Assembly: GCA_028700115.1 (NCBI GenBank)
Contig: JAQVTI010000011.1
Location: 3,232 to 35,231, forward strand
Length of the DNA: 32,000 nucleotides
DNA from: Candidatus Iainarchaeum sp.
GTDB lineage: Archaea; Iainarchaeota; Iainarchaeia; Iainarchaeales; CSSED10-239
Reading direction: 5' to 3'
Part shown: one piece after another, positions 18,299 through 27,967 of the stretch
Position numbering within the stretch: position 1 is the stretch's first letter
How the letters are laid out: the number at the start of each line of letters is the position of its first letter
Position numbers and translations under genes: made by a program
Notes under the pieces: generated by a model
The model's database searches: none
What the model saw: the letters and a program-made list of their open reading frames with translations, nothing else
Told to the model about the DNA's origin: nothing

Positions 18299-18856
18299 TT
18301 ATTCCCATACAGCAACATATAGCCTTACAGGAACTGCATGATATTCTATTTGTAAATTAATAGGGTAAACATAAACTAAGACTTTATGTTTTTCATCTTG
18401 GGTTTTTACTTTTGTTTTAAATTTATCTAAATTTTTAGAAGTATTTGGACAGTAAAATATATTTTGTTCTGAATTTGGATCATATATATTTTCATCTAGA
18501 ACAATTATTTGTGTATTATCTTCATCATTTGTTAATAGAAATTCTAAATCTACCTCATTGTAATTATCTAAATCTTGGGGTAGGTCTATTAAAAAGGCAG
18601 TCCAGTTTCTGTTTGTGTTTACTTTATTACATATGTTTGTAAAATGATTATAATCTATTATAACTGGTTCTGATCTTAAAGTCATAGAAATATCTATTGC
18701 ATCTTGATGTAAATCAAAGTTTTGAGTTTCTGTTTTATAATTATTATATGTGCTTAAAAATACTGAAAAAAAAATTAATAGACCTATGAATATAGGTATT
18801 AGACTTGGAAGATCATCCCCTATTGCACCAATATAACCTTTTTGTTTTTTTTTCAT
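18299..18856 (-). CDS. Pilin-like exported protein
   Basis: MKKKQKGYIGAIGDDLPSLIPIFIGLLIFFSVFLSTY. Start set to 18856 because the track start 18892 overlaps the upstream gene. Confidence 0.6.
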   Translation of the reverse strand: MKKKQKGYIGAIGDDLPSLIPIFIGLLIFFSVFLSTYNNYKTETQNFDLHQDAIDISMTLRSEPVIIDYNHFTNICNKVNTNRNWTAFLIDLPQDLDNYNEVDLEFLLTNDEDNTQIIVLDENIYDPNSEQNIFYCPNTSKNLDKFKTKVKTQDEKHKVLVYVYPINLQIEYHAVPVRLYVAVWE

Positions 18857-18863
18857 ATTTAAT

Positions 18864-19532
18864 CTAACCATTATTAGGTTCATTATATTCATTTATACAA
18901 ATATCTACAGACTTACAACTTACATCTTCAAACATAGAATCATCGCAAACTATCTTTTTACATGTAAGAATACCATTTTGTTTTGCACAAGGCAATATAT
19001 AATAATTGTCTTGTCCTTCTATTTTATTTTTGATTAGAATAAGAGTAGAATCATTACTTTTTACTCTTAATGTATCATATATTCCATAATCTTGTTTAGA
19101 ACTCCAATTACTACTATTATCATATGGATGCTCTGCATTATAAAAGGTAAAATCTCCATTAAAATCTATATCATATGCACCATATATTTTATCTTGTTTT
19201 TGATTTAAAATAGATATGACTAGTTTTTTATTATAATTATTTTCTGGATTTTCTTTTTCAAGTTCCATAATATTTAGGACATATGCTTTGTTAAATGTAG
19301 TAGTTGAGCTTTGTCCACTTTTAATTCTTGTTGGGATATCTATATATTTGATAGAGCAATAACTCTCACTATCTGTAATTAATTTAATATCTCTACCTAT
19401 ATTATAAGCTAATTCATAACTTTGTCTAGTTTGTAGATTTGAATTTACTGTATTCATAAAAAAAAGAATAATTGCAGCAATTGCTGTTGCAAATAAAAGC
19501 ATATTAAGTTTTGATAAAGCAAATTCAAACAT
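18864..19532 (-). CDS. Membrane-anchored protein of the pilus-like cluster
   Basis: Single N-terminal hydrophobic helix MLLFATAIAAIILFFMNTV followed by an ectodomain with several Cys. Confidence 0.6.
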   Translation of the reverse strand: MFEFALSKLNMLLFATAIAAIILFFMNTVNSNLQTRQSYELAYNIGRDIKLITDSESYCSIKYIDIPTRIKSGQSSTTTFNKAYVLNIMELEKENPENNYNKKLVISILNQKQDKIYGAYDIDFNGDFTFYNAEHPYDNSSNWSSKQDYGIYDTLRVKSNDSTLILIKNKIEGQDNYYILPCAKQNGILTCKKIVCDDSMFEDVSCKSVDICINEYNEPNNG

Positions 19533-19547
19533 TTTTTAATCACTAAT

Positions 19548-20162
19548 TTATTTTTTTCTTAAAAGACAAATTTGTATATTACTTGAATTTGTATTTGTCT
19601 TTTTAAACATTCTATATTTTCCAGGAGGAAGACCTATTGGAGATCCATCAGATGAATCTTTTGGATTCCATACTTGCCATAAATCTTCAGATATTTCATC
19701 TTCAGATAAGCATTCATCAGGAGTTGTTGCAAAATTTATAGTTGTTGGAAGATGTGTGCAGATTGGTTCAATTGGATATTTATAATCAAAAGTATCTTTA
19801 TCTTCATAAGTATATTCTAATAATAAACAACTATCTCCCCCACCACAATAAGTTCCGCATTTTCCTTTATCATCATATGCATTAAGTCTTACATATTCAT
19901 ATCTTTGATTAAAACACGCTTTTGTATCTAAAGATATATTTCTAATTACTAGATCTGAGCCTAAGACAACATCTCTTAGAGAAGAATTAAAATTACTAAG
20001 TTCTTCTTTTTTATCTCCAAGGCATGTGCTTTGTTGTAAATTTTTAAGAGCATAAGTTCCTGCTAGAATAACAAAACCCATAATTATGATTGCAACTAGA
20101 AGTTCAAAAGGAGCACCTATTTGTGCTTTTTGTTTATTATATTTTTTTTTAACAAATATCAT
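19548..20162 (-). CDS. Pilin-like exported protein
   Basis: KKKYNKQKA|QIGAPFELLVAIIIMGFVILAGTYAL. Confidence 0.65.
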   Translation of the reverse strand: MIFVKKKYNKQKAQIGAPFELLVAIIIMGFVILAGTYALKNLQQSTCLGDKKEELSNFNSSLRDVVLGSDLVIRNISLDTKACFNQRYEYVRLNAYDDKGKCGTYCGGGDSCLLLEYTYEDKDTFDYKYPIEPICTHLPTTINFATTPDECLSEDEISEDLWQVWNPKDSSDGSPIGLPPGKYRMFKKTNTNSSNIQICLLRKK

Positions 20163-20249
20163 ATTATAAAGATAGTATAAAGTATTAAAAAAACTTTTGT
20201 TTTTATTTAGAAAAACAAGAAAAAGAAAATAGTTTAAAATAAACTATTT

Positions 20250-20447
20250 TTATTCAGAAGTTACTGTTTGGTTTGGAAGATTTGCTTTTTGAGAAGACGC
20301 TTTTACTGATTTATTAAACATAGGCTTAACTACTGCAATTAGAATAATTGCAATAATTGCAACAATTATTATCATAAATATAGAATTTGACTCACCTTGA
20401 GCTTTTTCTTCATTTATGAATTTAATAAATTCTTTTTTTAATCTCAT
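20250..20447 (-). CDS. Small pilin-like protein
   Basis: FINEEKA|QGESNSIFMIIIVAIIAIILIAVV, 65 aa. Confidence 0.65.
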   Translation of the reverse strand: MRLKKEFIKFINEEKAQGESNSIFMIIIVAIIAIILIAVVKPMFNKSVKASSQKANLPNQTVTSE

Positions 20448-20476
20448 ATCTTCTCAAAAACCATTTTTAATTAAAT

Positions 20477-21007
20477 CTATATTTTCTTAGGGAAAATTAC
20501 ACAAACTGTGGCATCTGTTTCTCCAAACTCTTCATATGTGTCTAATTCTACTAAATCATAATCATTAATAATTTTAATTAGAGAGTTAGAACTATCTGCA
20601 CATAAAATACCAAATTTAAATTTTGTATTTTCAGAACTTTTCATTTTTAAAGTCTTTCCAGTTGTATATGTATCACTAGAACCAATTGCAAAGAAATTAT
20701 CATTTCCTGCTATGTCAAAATATACTTGATTAGAATCAATTCCAGTTCCTGCAACTATTGAAGATGTTGAAACAAATTCAGTGTTTTTTGAAGAAACTTT
20801 TACTTCGTCTGTATAAGCTAAATTCCCATAATTAGAAACTTGTGTTTTTAGAGTTGTATTAATTGAATCAGTTACATCTCCACCAATATTTATGTTTTTT
20901 GTAATCATTGGAAGAAGTACTCCTAAAATTGCAAGAGCAACAACAGCTGCAATTAATAATTGAAATGTAGAAAAGGCTTGTCCTTTTTCTTTTAATTTAT
21001 TAAACAT
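20477..21007 (-). CDS. Pilin-like exported protein
   Basis: MFNKLKEKG|QAFSTFQLLIAAVVALAILGVLLPMI. Confidence 0.7.
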   Translation of the reverse strand: MFNKLKEKGQAFSTFQLLIAAVVALAILGVLLPMITKNINIGGDVTDSINTTLKTQVSNYGNLAYTDEVKVSSKNTEFVSTSSIVAGTGIDSNQVYFDIAGNDNFFAIGSSDTYTTGKTLKMKSSENTKFKFGILCADSSNSLIKIINDYDLVELDTYEEFGETDATVCVIFPKKI

Positions 21008-21117
21008 TTTTTTTCCTCCTAATAAAAAATTAAATAACTTTTTTTATTAAATATAATATATAACTAATATTAAAGAAAATCAAAACTTATTTAAATATTT
21101 TTATTTTCTTCATTTTC

Positions 21118-21615
21118 TTAAATTATTAGATAAATGTAATTTATTGTGTAAGTAATTATACTTGGAATAACTAACATAAATATGATGTCTCTTAATTTAA
21201 TATGTGTATCTATTTCATTATATTCTATTATGTTTGAATTATATTTACTTTTAGAATATTTTATTTTTTTATTTAAAACTAATAAGTTCCAAAAAGTTCC
21301 AAATAAAACCGCATTAATTACCCAGACTAAGATAATTTTTGTAATTGGATTAACTATTTTATTTATTAAATTCCAAGATATTAAAGTTATAAAAATACTT
21401 AAAAAACTAGAAAATAACATATAAAAAAACAATTTAAAATTTTTATTTGCAAAAAGATAGAGTCCTTTTGTAAAAAACATACTTATTATAAAAAATATTG
21501 TCATTAAAGCTATAATTATACCTATAACTAAAAGAATAATTGTACCAAACAAATAACCACAAACTAGAATAATTATTGCAAATAAAAAATATTTTAATGT
21601 GTTTTTTAAATTCAT
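21118..21615 (-). CDS. Polytopic membrane protein, unknown function
   Basis: 165 aa with multiple TM segments inside the pilin-like cluster. Confidence 0.6.
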   Translation of the reverse strand: MNLKNTLKYFLFAIIILVCGYLFGTIILLVIGIIIALMTIFFIISMFFTKGLYLFANKNFKLFFYMLFSSFLSIFITLISWNLINKIVNPITKIILVWVINAVLFGTFWNLLVLNKKIKYSKSKYNSNIIEYNEIDTHIKLRDIIFMLVIPSIITYTINYIYLII

Positions 21616-21617
21616 AT

Positions 21618-22148
21618 TTAATTGCCTTCCTTATATATTTCATCAGGAGCATTTTTGTTTAGAAATAAAACAATAAATTTTTCACAATCCTCTGTGTTTT
21701 TTTCTAATAAATTATAAATACTAGAAGGTTCATCTGAATTTGAGATATTACAATAAATAGTTACATCCATATCTAAGTTTCTTTCAGTAATTTCATAAAT
21801 TAATTCATTTGATTCTGCAATAGGTTCAATTCCTGGACCATTATCTATACCTATACATCCTTTTTCAATACCAGTTATTCCAGAAATCCATTCTTTTGAA
21901 ATTGTGCCCTTTAATTTTAAATCTTCAATAATATATTTACTTTGTGTACTTATTCCAGGAGCTTTACTTGCAGAAATAATTCCTTCTTCTAATTTTTGTT
22001 GACTAATAATAATTGCTTTATTATTAATATTTCTAACCATTACTAAAATAATAGAAAGAATAGCAACAGTTATTACAAAAGCAATTAAAAGTCTAAAAGA
22101 TTCTTCAGCTTGAGCTTTTTGTTTTTTTGTAAATAAATTAAAATCCAT
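21618..22148 (-). CDS. Pilin-like exported protein
   Basis: MDFNLFTKKQKA|QAEESFRLLIAFVITVAILSIILVMV. Confidence 0.7.
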   Translation of the reverse strand: MDFNLFTKKQKAQAEESFRLLIAFVITVAILSIILVMVRNINNKAIIISQQKLEEGIISASKAPGISTQSKYIIEDLKLKGTISKEWISGITGIEKGCIGIDNGPGIEPIAESNELIYEITERNLDMDVTIYCNISNSDEPSSIYNLLEKNTEDCEKFIVLFLNKNAPDEIYKEGN

Positions 22149-22159
22149 ATTAATTAACC

Positions 22160-24400
22160 TTAAAATATCATATTTGCAAGAATTGTTGTAATTATAAATA
22201 ATATTGTTGCAATTGGTAAAGTTCTTGCAATATTTAATTTAGCAAGAGTAATGTTGTCTTGTTCTATCATAGTTGTAAAAAATGTTATAATGATTACAAC
22301 TTGAATAACATAGATTGCAACAATTATTAAAAAGGCTGTAGGAGAAGCAAGTTGAGAAATTACAGTAGTATCAATTGAACCCATACTACTAATTGAACTT
22401 GCATTAACATTTACACCAATTGCACTAACCCCATCTTTTACACCTTCAATTGCAGAAGTCATATCTTCCATTGTATTACTGTTTGCAATTGAATAAAGTG
22501 TAGAAATTACAATTTTTTGAAGAGCTGTAGTTATTCCTAAAACTATAGGGGCAATAAATTTAGACATGCTTTTTAGAGTTGTTGTTACAGAACTAATTAA
22601 GTCTCTTAACATTTTAGAAACTTCATCAGTGTTTCTTAACTGCAGAGAGTATGACATTAATGTTTTTGCAGCAACTGAAACTCCTAACTGAACAGAATCT
22701 ACTAAAAGTCTCATAGCTGAATTAATAAGATTAGAAGGATTATTTTTAAGAGCACCATAACTTGGATCAAACAAAGCTGAATTTAAATTAAGTCCTAAAA
22801 CTCTTATGTTATCAATTGCTTTTCCAAATATGTTTTTAGAAATTAAAGCTTTTGGTAAAAAGTTTTTTGTATGACTTAAAGCATCTTCAATTGGTTTGTT
22901 TTCACCAAGTCTACTTGCAATTACATATAGTGCATCTTTAAATTCGTCTTCCATTTTTTCAGTTTCTAATTGTATTTCTCTTTTATATTTACTTTGAGAA
23001 TATAAGACTATAGAAATTAATAAACTAATTAAGATTAACATTCCATAAATTATATAATGAGGAGTAATATCATTTTCTGATCTTGCCCAAAACTCTTGTT
23101 CTGAAGCACATTTAAATTCAGAATCTGCTGCTTTTTCAACTTGTTCTGCTTTTGTACAATAAAAATCTGCTTCACTTATTTCTTGACTATCTGTAATATA
23201 ACCAGATTGAATAAGTATACTTTTTTTAGTTTGACCAAACTCAGATTGTAAAAATACACTTCCTGCAATTAAAATTACACTTACTATAATTATTAAAATA
23301 CCTATATGTAAATGAGCTTTTCCTATTTTTATTGTGTTTTTAGGAGGAAGCTTTGGGTAATTGTCTGGTATTTTAGGAGGTCTGTAAGTAGAAGGTTTGT
23401 TTCTTATTATCTTTTTTGCATAAAACAAACAACCTATAGGAATAATTATATTATATATTAAAATTAAATAAATTGGTTTTGCAAGAGCAGAACCTGAAAA
23501 AGCAGAACCAACTGGTAGAACAATAATTAAAAGTAAAGGAAGTAATACCCCTAAATAAAAAATACCCATTGCTGGTTGTGCTAAACTTCTTGCATAATCT
23601 TCTAGTTTTTCTTTTATGGATTTTAAAGTCTCAGACATTGTTTGATCTAAGATTTGATATCTTTTTGCCTCTGAGTTTTCTATAACAGAAGACCTTATTT
23701 TCATTAAAGCTTTTTTAAACTCAGTAGAAACTTCTCCCCATTTATAGGCAAGTTCATCTATTCCTTCAGAAACACTGTTTTTTATACCTACTTTAACTTC
23801 CCATAATAATTTTTTTAAATCATCTGCAATTTTTCCATGTCCATGATTTGAAGCAAACTCAATTGCTTTTTCTAAATTTGGAACTAATTTCATAGACATT
23901 ATCATATATCCTAAAATTTCTGGAACAAAAGTTAATGCTAAAATTTTTTCAGATTGTACTTTTTTTAAAGGATAATTTTGAAAATTTATATAAATTATTA
24001 TAAAAATAAATATTGGAAGAATAAAAGTAATTATAATAGGCATTATAATTATATCAAATAAAGAAAATAATAAATCATAACCAAATAAATATATTAAATA
24101 ACTAATAAGACCTGTAAGAAAAATACCAAAAAAAAGAATAAATTTTAAAGTAGCAGAATATTCTTTTCCAGATAAATCCCAATTAAGAAAATCAACTGCA
24201 TTTTTTAAATCTGGTCTAAAAGAAGAATTATTACCAAGACTAGGAAATTTATTATATATTTTTTTACAAAAAATAACATAATAATTTTGTTTTTTTCTTT
24301 CTAATTTATTTATATTTTTAGAAAAATCTCTACTTTCTATAGATATTGAACTATATATTTTTCCAGGACTTGTTTTTGGGGGTCTTATTATATCAGACAT
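22160..24400 (-). CDS. Type IV pilus/archaellum assembly membrane protein (TadC/FlaJ/GspF-like), duplicated domain architecture
   Basis: Long polytopic protein. Two blocks of TM plus cytoplasmic helical region ('...LAQPAMGIFYLGVLLPLLLIIVLPVG' and '...MSKFIAPIVLGITTALQKIVI...'), co-directional with the pilin-like genes. Confidence 0.7.
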   Translation of the reverse strand: MSDIIRPPKTSPGKIYSSISIESRDFSKNINKLERKKQNYYVIFCKKIYNKFPSLGNNSSFRPDLKNAVDFLNWDLSGKEYSATLKFILFFGIFLTGLISYLIYLFGYDLLFSLFDIIIMPIIITFILPIFIFIIIYINFQNYPLKKVQSEKILALTFVPEILGYMIMSMKLVPNLEKAIEFASNHGHGKIADDLKKLLWEVKVGIKNSVSEGIDELAYKWGEVSTEFKKALMKIRSSVIENSEAKRYQILDQTMSETLKSIKEKLEDYARSLAQPAMGIFYLGVLLPLLLIIVLPVGSAFSGSALAKPIYLILIYNIIIPIGCLFYAKKIIRNKPSTYRPPKIPDNYPKLPPKNTIKIGKAHLHIGILIIIVSVILIAGSVFLQSEFGQTKKSILIQSGYITDSQEISEADFYCTKAEQVEKAADSEFKCASEQEFWARSENDITPHYIIYGMLILISLLISIVLYSQSKYKREIQLETEKMEDEFKDALYVIASRLGENKPIEDALSHTKNFLPKALISKNIFGKAIDNIRVLGLNLNSALFDPSYGALKNNPSNLINSAMRLLVDSVQLGVSVAAKTLMSYSLQLRNTDEVSKMLRDLISSVTTTLKSMSKFIAPIVLGITTALQKIVISTLYSIANSNTMEDMTSAIEGVKDGVSAIGVNVNASSISSMGSIDTTVISQLASPTAFLIIVAIYVIQVVIIITFFTTMIEQDNITLAKLNIARTLPIATILFIITTILANMIF

Positions 24401-24593
24401 TTTTATTCTCTTTTAATTTATAGTTTTAATTTTTAATTTTTTGAAATTATACTATATTTTGAAATTATACTATATTTTATATTTTAAATAAAAATTAATA
24501 TATATTATATTTATTAAGTAAAAAGAAATATTTAAATATATGTTTATTTACTTTAAAATTATAAAACTAAATAAAATTAGAAGGTGTGAAAAT

Positions 24594-24779
24594 ATGATTA
24601 AAATAAAACAAGATAGAAATGCATGTATTGGATGTGGGGCATGTGTTTCAGTATGCCCAGAAAATTGGGAATTTAAAGGAAATAAACCAATTCCAAAAAA
24701 AACAGAAGTAAAAGAAATTGGCTGTAATAGACAAGCTGCAGATGTTTGCCCTGTAAGATGTATTGAAATTGAAGAGTGA
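24594..24779 (+). CDS. 4Fe-4S ferredoxin
   Basis: MIKIKQDRNACIGCGACVSVCPENWEF...CNRQAADVCPVRCIEIEE. AAGGTGTG SD just upstream of ATG 24594. Confidence 0.85.
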   Translation: MIKIKQDRNACIGCGACVSVCPENWEFKGNKPIPKKTEVKEIGCNRQAADVCPVRCIEIEE

Positions 24780-24784
24780 TAGAT

Positions 24785-25285
24785 ATGCCAAAAAATATAA
24801 TTAAAAAAAATATAATTACAGAAAAATCATTAGAATCTTTAAAAAAAAAATTAATAGAAAGAAAAACTAAAGAAAAAGAAGAATCAAATGTTTTTACTAA
24901 AAAAATTAAACTAAAAAATTTAAATTATTATAAAAAATTATCCTATTTTTTAGATATTATTTATAAAAATAAATTTATGGAAGATAAAAAAATAACTTCT
25001 TTATCTGCATTTATAGAAGATACTATATTACAAAGAAATTTAATTAAATCAAATTTAATTACATCAGATAATTATCTTAAAAATGGATTAAATAAACCAA
25101 TAATTAAAAAATTTATAAAATTAAAAATAATTAATATAGAAACAGGAACATTATATAAAGAAATTGAAAAATATGCAAATAATAAAAATAAAAAATTAGA
25201 TAATTCTTTCTTTGAAAATTTAAAAACAAATGAATTTGAAGAAATAATTATAAATTCTATAAAAAGAGCTAATAGAAATTTATAA
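24785..25285 (+). CDS. Hypothetical protein, Lys/Ile/Asn-rich, helical
   Basis: Continuous ORF directly after the ferredoxin. ATG 24785 preferred over GTG 24776. Confidence 0.55.
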   Translation: MPKNIIKKNIITEKSLESLKKKLIERKTKEKEESNVFTKKIKLKNLNYYKKLSYFLDIIYKNKFMEDKKITSLSAFIEDTILQRNLIKSNLITSDNYLKNGLNKPIIKKFIKLKIINIETGTLYKEIEKYANNKNKKLDNSFFENLKTNEFEEIIINSIKRANRNL

Positions 25286-25323
25286 AATATATATAAAAAC
25301 ATATTTATAAAAATTAGAAAAAA

Positions 25324-25357
25324 AATAAAAATAAGAAAGAAATAAAAATAAGAAAGA
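25324..25357. repeat. 17-bp tandem direct repeat, 2 copies
   Basis: AAATAAAAATAAGAAAG at 25324-25340 and 25341-25357. Confidence 0.85.
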
Positions 25358-25387
25358 TTTATTAATTTTTAAATATATATATACATT

Positions 25388-26136
25388 ATGGATAAAAAAT
25401 TAAACTTTGGTATAGCAGGATTTTCAGATTTATCATACAAAATACCAAAATCTTCTAAAAATCCTACTGCAGATTCTATTTCTTTAATTTCAGAGATAGG
25501 GCTTTCTGCTTTAGAAATTGAATTTGTAAGACAAGTTTATTTAAAAAATACTTCTGAAGAAAAAATTACACAAATTAAAGAAAATGCGATTCATTAAATG
25601 TTGGACAAAAAATAAGTGCAAAAAATATAGTTGTACATATTGGTTATTTTTTAAAACAAGAACCTAAAAAAGTTTTAGAACATATTTCTGAAAATATACA
25701 AGATATATATAATAATTATAAAGGAGATACCCTTTTAGGAATTGAACTTACTGGCAAAAAATCTCAAGTTGGGTCTTTAGATGAACTTTTTTATTTTTAT
25801 AATAAATTTCCTAAATTTGTATTACCTGTAATTGATTTTGCACATCAACATGCAAGAGAAAATGGTTATTTTAATAATAAAAAAAATATATTAGATTTTT
25901 TTGAAAAATTAGATAGTTATCCTGAATTAAAAAAAAATTTACATATGCATATTTCTGGTATAAATTATACTGAAAAAGGTGAAATAAATCATTTACCTTT
26001 TAGAAAAAGTGATTTTCCATATAAATATATTTTGAAAGAATTAAAAGATAGAAATTATAAAGGAACTATTATTTGTGAATCCCCAGAAACAGTATCTGAT
26101 TGTTTATTTATAAAAAATATATATAATAAATTATAA
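25388..26136 (+). pseudogene. Archaeal endonuclease IV-like (AP endonuclease 2/xylose isomerase-like TIM barrel), disrupted by internal deletion and frameshift near 25585-25600
   Basis: Frame 2: FGIAGFSDLSYK...IGLSALEIEFVRQVYLKNTSEEKITQIKENAIH*. Frame 1 then continues DSLNVGQKISAKNIVVHIGYFLKQ...GIELTGKKSQVGSLDELFYF...VIDFAHQHARENG...LHMHISGINYTEKGEINHLPF...GTIICESPE. Confidence 0.75.
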
Positions 26137-26150
26137 TTTAATAAAATTAA

Positions 26151-26441
26151 TTATAAAAGTTCCCAATCATTATTTTTTGAATTTGATCCAAATTTTTTTA
26201 TAATTTTATCATTTACTGAAATTAAATCTTTACTTTCATCTTTTTCTTTTTTAGTTGTAAAACCTGTTTCAACATCTGATTTTTGAGATATTAAAAATCT
26301 TTTTCTTAAAGAATTAATTTTATCTATACTATCTTCTTTTATATTCCCAGAATATCCACACACATTACAAATATATTTTTTAGTTTCTTTCTTATAATTT
26401 AAATTTAAAGAATAACATTCTGGGCAATATTTATATAGCAT
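26151..26441 (-). CDS. Zinc-ribbon protein, resembles the N-terminal ribbon of RpoM/TFS-like factors
   Basis: YKYCPECYSLNLNYKKETKKYICNVCGYSGNI (CxxC...CxxCG). Start at ATG 26441. Confidence 0.6.
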   Translation of the reverse strand: MLYKYCPECYSLNLNYKKETKKYICNVCGYSGNIKEDSIDKINSLRKRFLISQKSDVETGFTTKKEKDESKDLISVNDKIIKKFGSNSKNNDWELL

Positions 26442-26585
26442 ATTAATCACATATATTTAATTTATATTTCACATTATAAAAATAGTTCATAATCTTTATA
26501 AATATATAGTTTAATAAATTAATTAATAATAAAGATTAATAATTATATAAAAATTAATTAAAATTAAAATATTGGAGAAACAAAT

Positions 26586-27782
26586 ATGGAAATAAATAAA
26601 ACAGAAATAGGAGTTTGTGCATTTGGACTAAAAACAGGTATTATTACTTTTGATGATAATATGAAAGATGTTGTTAAAAAATATTTTGACAAAAATAAAA
26701 ATATATTAAATAATAAAGATATTTTATGTATGACAGAAGCAGTTGTTGCAATTACTCAAAAAAATTTTGTAAATTTAGAAGATGTATCTATAGAAATTAA
26801 AAATAAATTAAATTTAAAAGAAAATTCTACAATTGGAATTGTTTTTCCAATATTTTCAAGAAATAGATTTTCAATGATTTTAAAAGCAATTGCAAAAACA
26901 GTTCCTTTAGGAAAAGTAATTATTCAATTATCTTTCCCAAGAGATGAACAAGGTAATCCTATACTTTCTAAAGATTTTTGTATAGATAATAATATTACTT
27001 TAGACGAAAAATTAGATTTAAAAAAATTAGATAATTTAGGAAAAAGATATTTGCATCCAGAAACAGGTATGGATTATATTGATTTTTATAAACAAATTGT
27101 AGAAAAAGAATCAAAAAATGTAGAAATCTATCTTGCAAATAAACTAAATTACATAATTAATTCAAAACCAGATGGAATTATTTGTTGTAATGTTCATAAT
27201 AGACAAAATATTTTAAATGAAATTAAAAAATTAGGTTATAAAAATATAATTACTTTACAAGATATTTGTTCTAATTCTTCTAAAAAAGAATATTCAGAAT
27301 ATGGACTTTTGGGGTCAAATATATTAGATCCAGAAAAAAATATATTAAAACTTGCTCCAAAAGATGGAGATTTATTATGTGAAAATATTAAACAAATGAT
27401 ATTTGAAGAATTTGATAAAGATATAGAAGTATTAATATATGGAGACGGTGCCTATAAAGATCCAGAATCAGGAATATATGAACTTGCAGATCCAGTTTCA
27501 TGTTTTGGATGTACAAAAAATATTAAAAATAAAAATAAAACAGGTGTTAAATCAAAATATTTAATGCAAAAACTTTATAGTCAAGGAAAAAATAAAAAAG
27601 AAATATTAGAATTTATAGAAAATGAAAAACAAAGAGTTTTAAAAGAAAATAATAAAAATGATTTTTCATCAGAAGGAACAACTCCACGAAAAATAGAAAA
27701 TTTAATATCTTCTCTTGCAGATTTAATTTCTGGTTCTGCTGATTCAAATACTCCTTTAGTTTTAGTTAAAAATTATCTTTAA
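26586..27782 (+). CDS. Coenzyme F420-0:L-glutamate ligase (CofE)-like family protein
   Basis: IYGDGAYKDPESGIYELADPVSCFGCT...SSEGTTPRKIENLISSLADLISGSADSNTPLVLVKN. Confidence 0.65.
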   Translation: MEINKTEIGVCAFGLKTGIITFDDNMKDVVKKYFDKNKNILNNKDILCMTEAVVAITQKNFVNLEDVSIEIKNKLNLKENSTIGIVFPIFSRNRFSMILKAIAKTVPLGKVIIQLSFPRDEQGNPILSKDFCIDNNITLDEKLDLKKLDNLGKRYLHPETGMDYIDFYKQIVEKESKNVEIYLANKLNYIINSKPDGIICCNVHNRQNILNEIKKLGYKNIITLQDICSNSSKKEYSEYGLLGSNILDPEKNILKLAPKDGDLLCENIKQMIFEEFDKDIEVLIYGDGAYKDPESGIYELADPVSCFGCTKNIKNKNKTGVKSKYLMQKLYSQGKNKKEILEFIENEKQRVLKENNKNDFSSEGTTPRKIENLISSLADLISGSADSNTPLVLVKNYL

Positions 27783-27806
27783 AAATATAATATAATTGTG
27801 ATAAAT

Positions 27807-27959
27807 ATGCCTATTTTAAAAAGAAAAAGAATAATTAGAAAAAATGAAAAAATTGTAACATCAAAAGCAAATAAATATGATAGAATATTAAGTTTAGATG
27901 AAGAAAAGGAATTAATGAAAAAAGAAATGGATAAAATTAAAAATTTAAGAAAAAAATAA
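27807..27959 (+). CDS. Small basic hypothetical protein, 50 aa
   Basis: MPILKRKRIIRKNEKIVTSKANKYDRILSLDEEKELMKKEMDKIKNLRKK*, GTGAT upstream, follows the CofE-like gene. Confidence 0.45.
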   Translation: MPILKRKRIIRKNEKIVTSKANKYDRILSLDEEKELMKKEMDKIKNLRKK

Positions 27960-27967
27960 ATCTTTAA

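Noticed and set aside
18445-18642. 65-aa + strand ORF
   Set aside because: Antisense to a pilin-like gene.
21182-21652. ORFs 21182-21424 (+) and 21443-21652 (-)
   Set aside because: Both overlap the better supported minus-strand membrane protein 21118-21615; the second is an out-of-frame read of the same strand.
25072-25302. 76-aa minus ORF
   Set aside because: Antisense to the gene following ferredoxin, low complexity Phe/Ile-rich.
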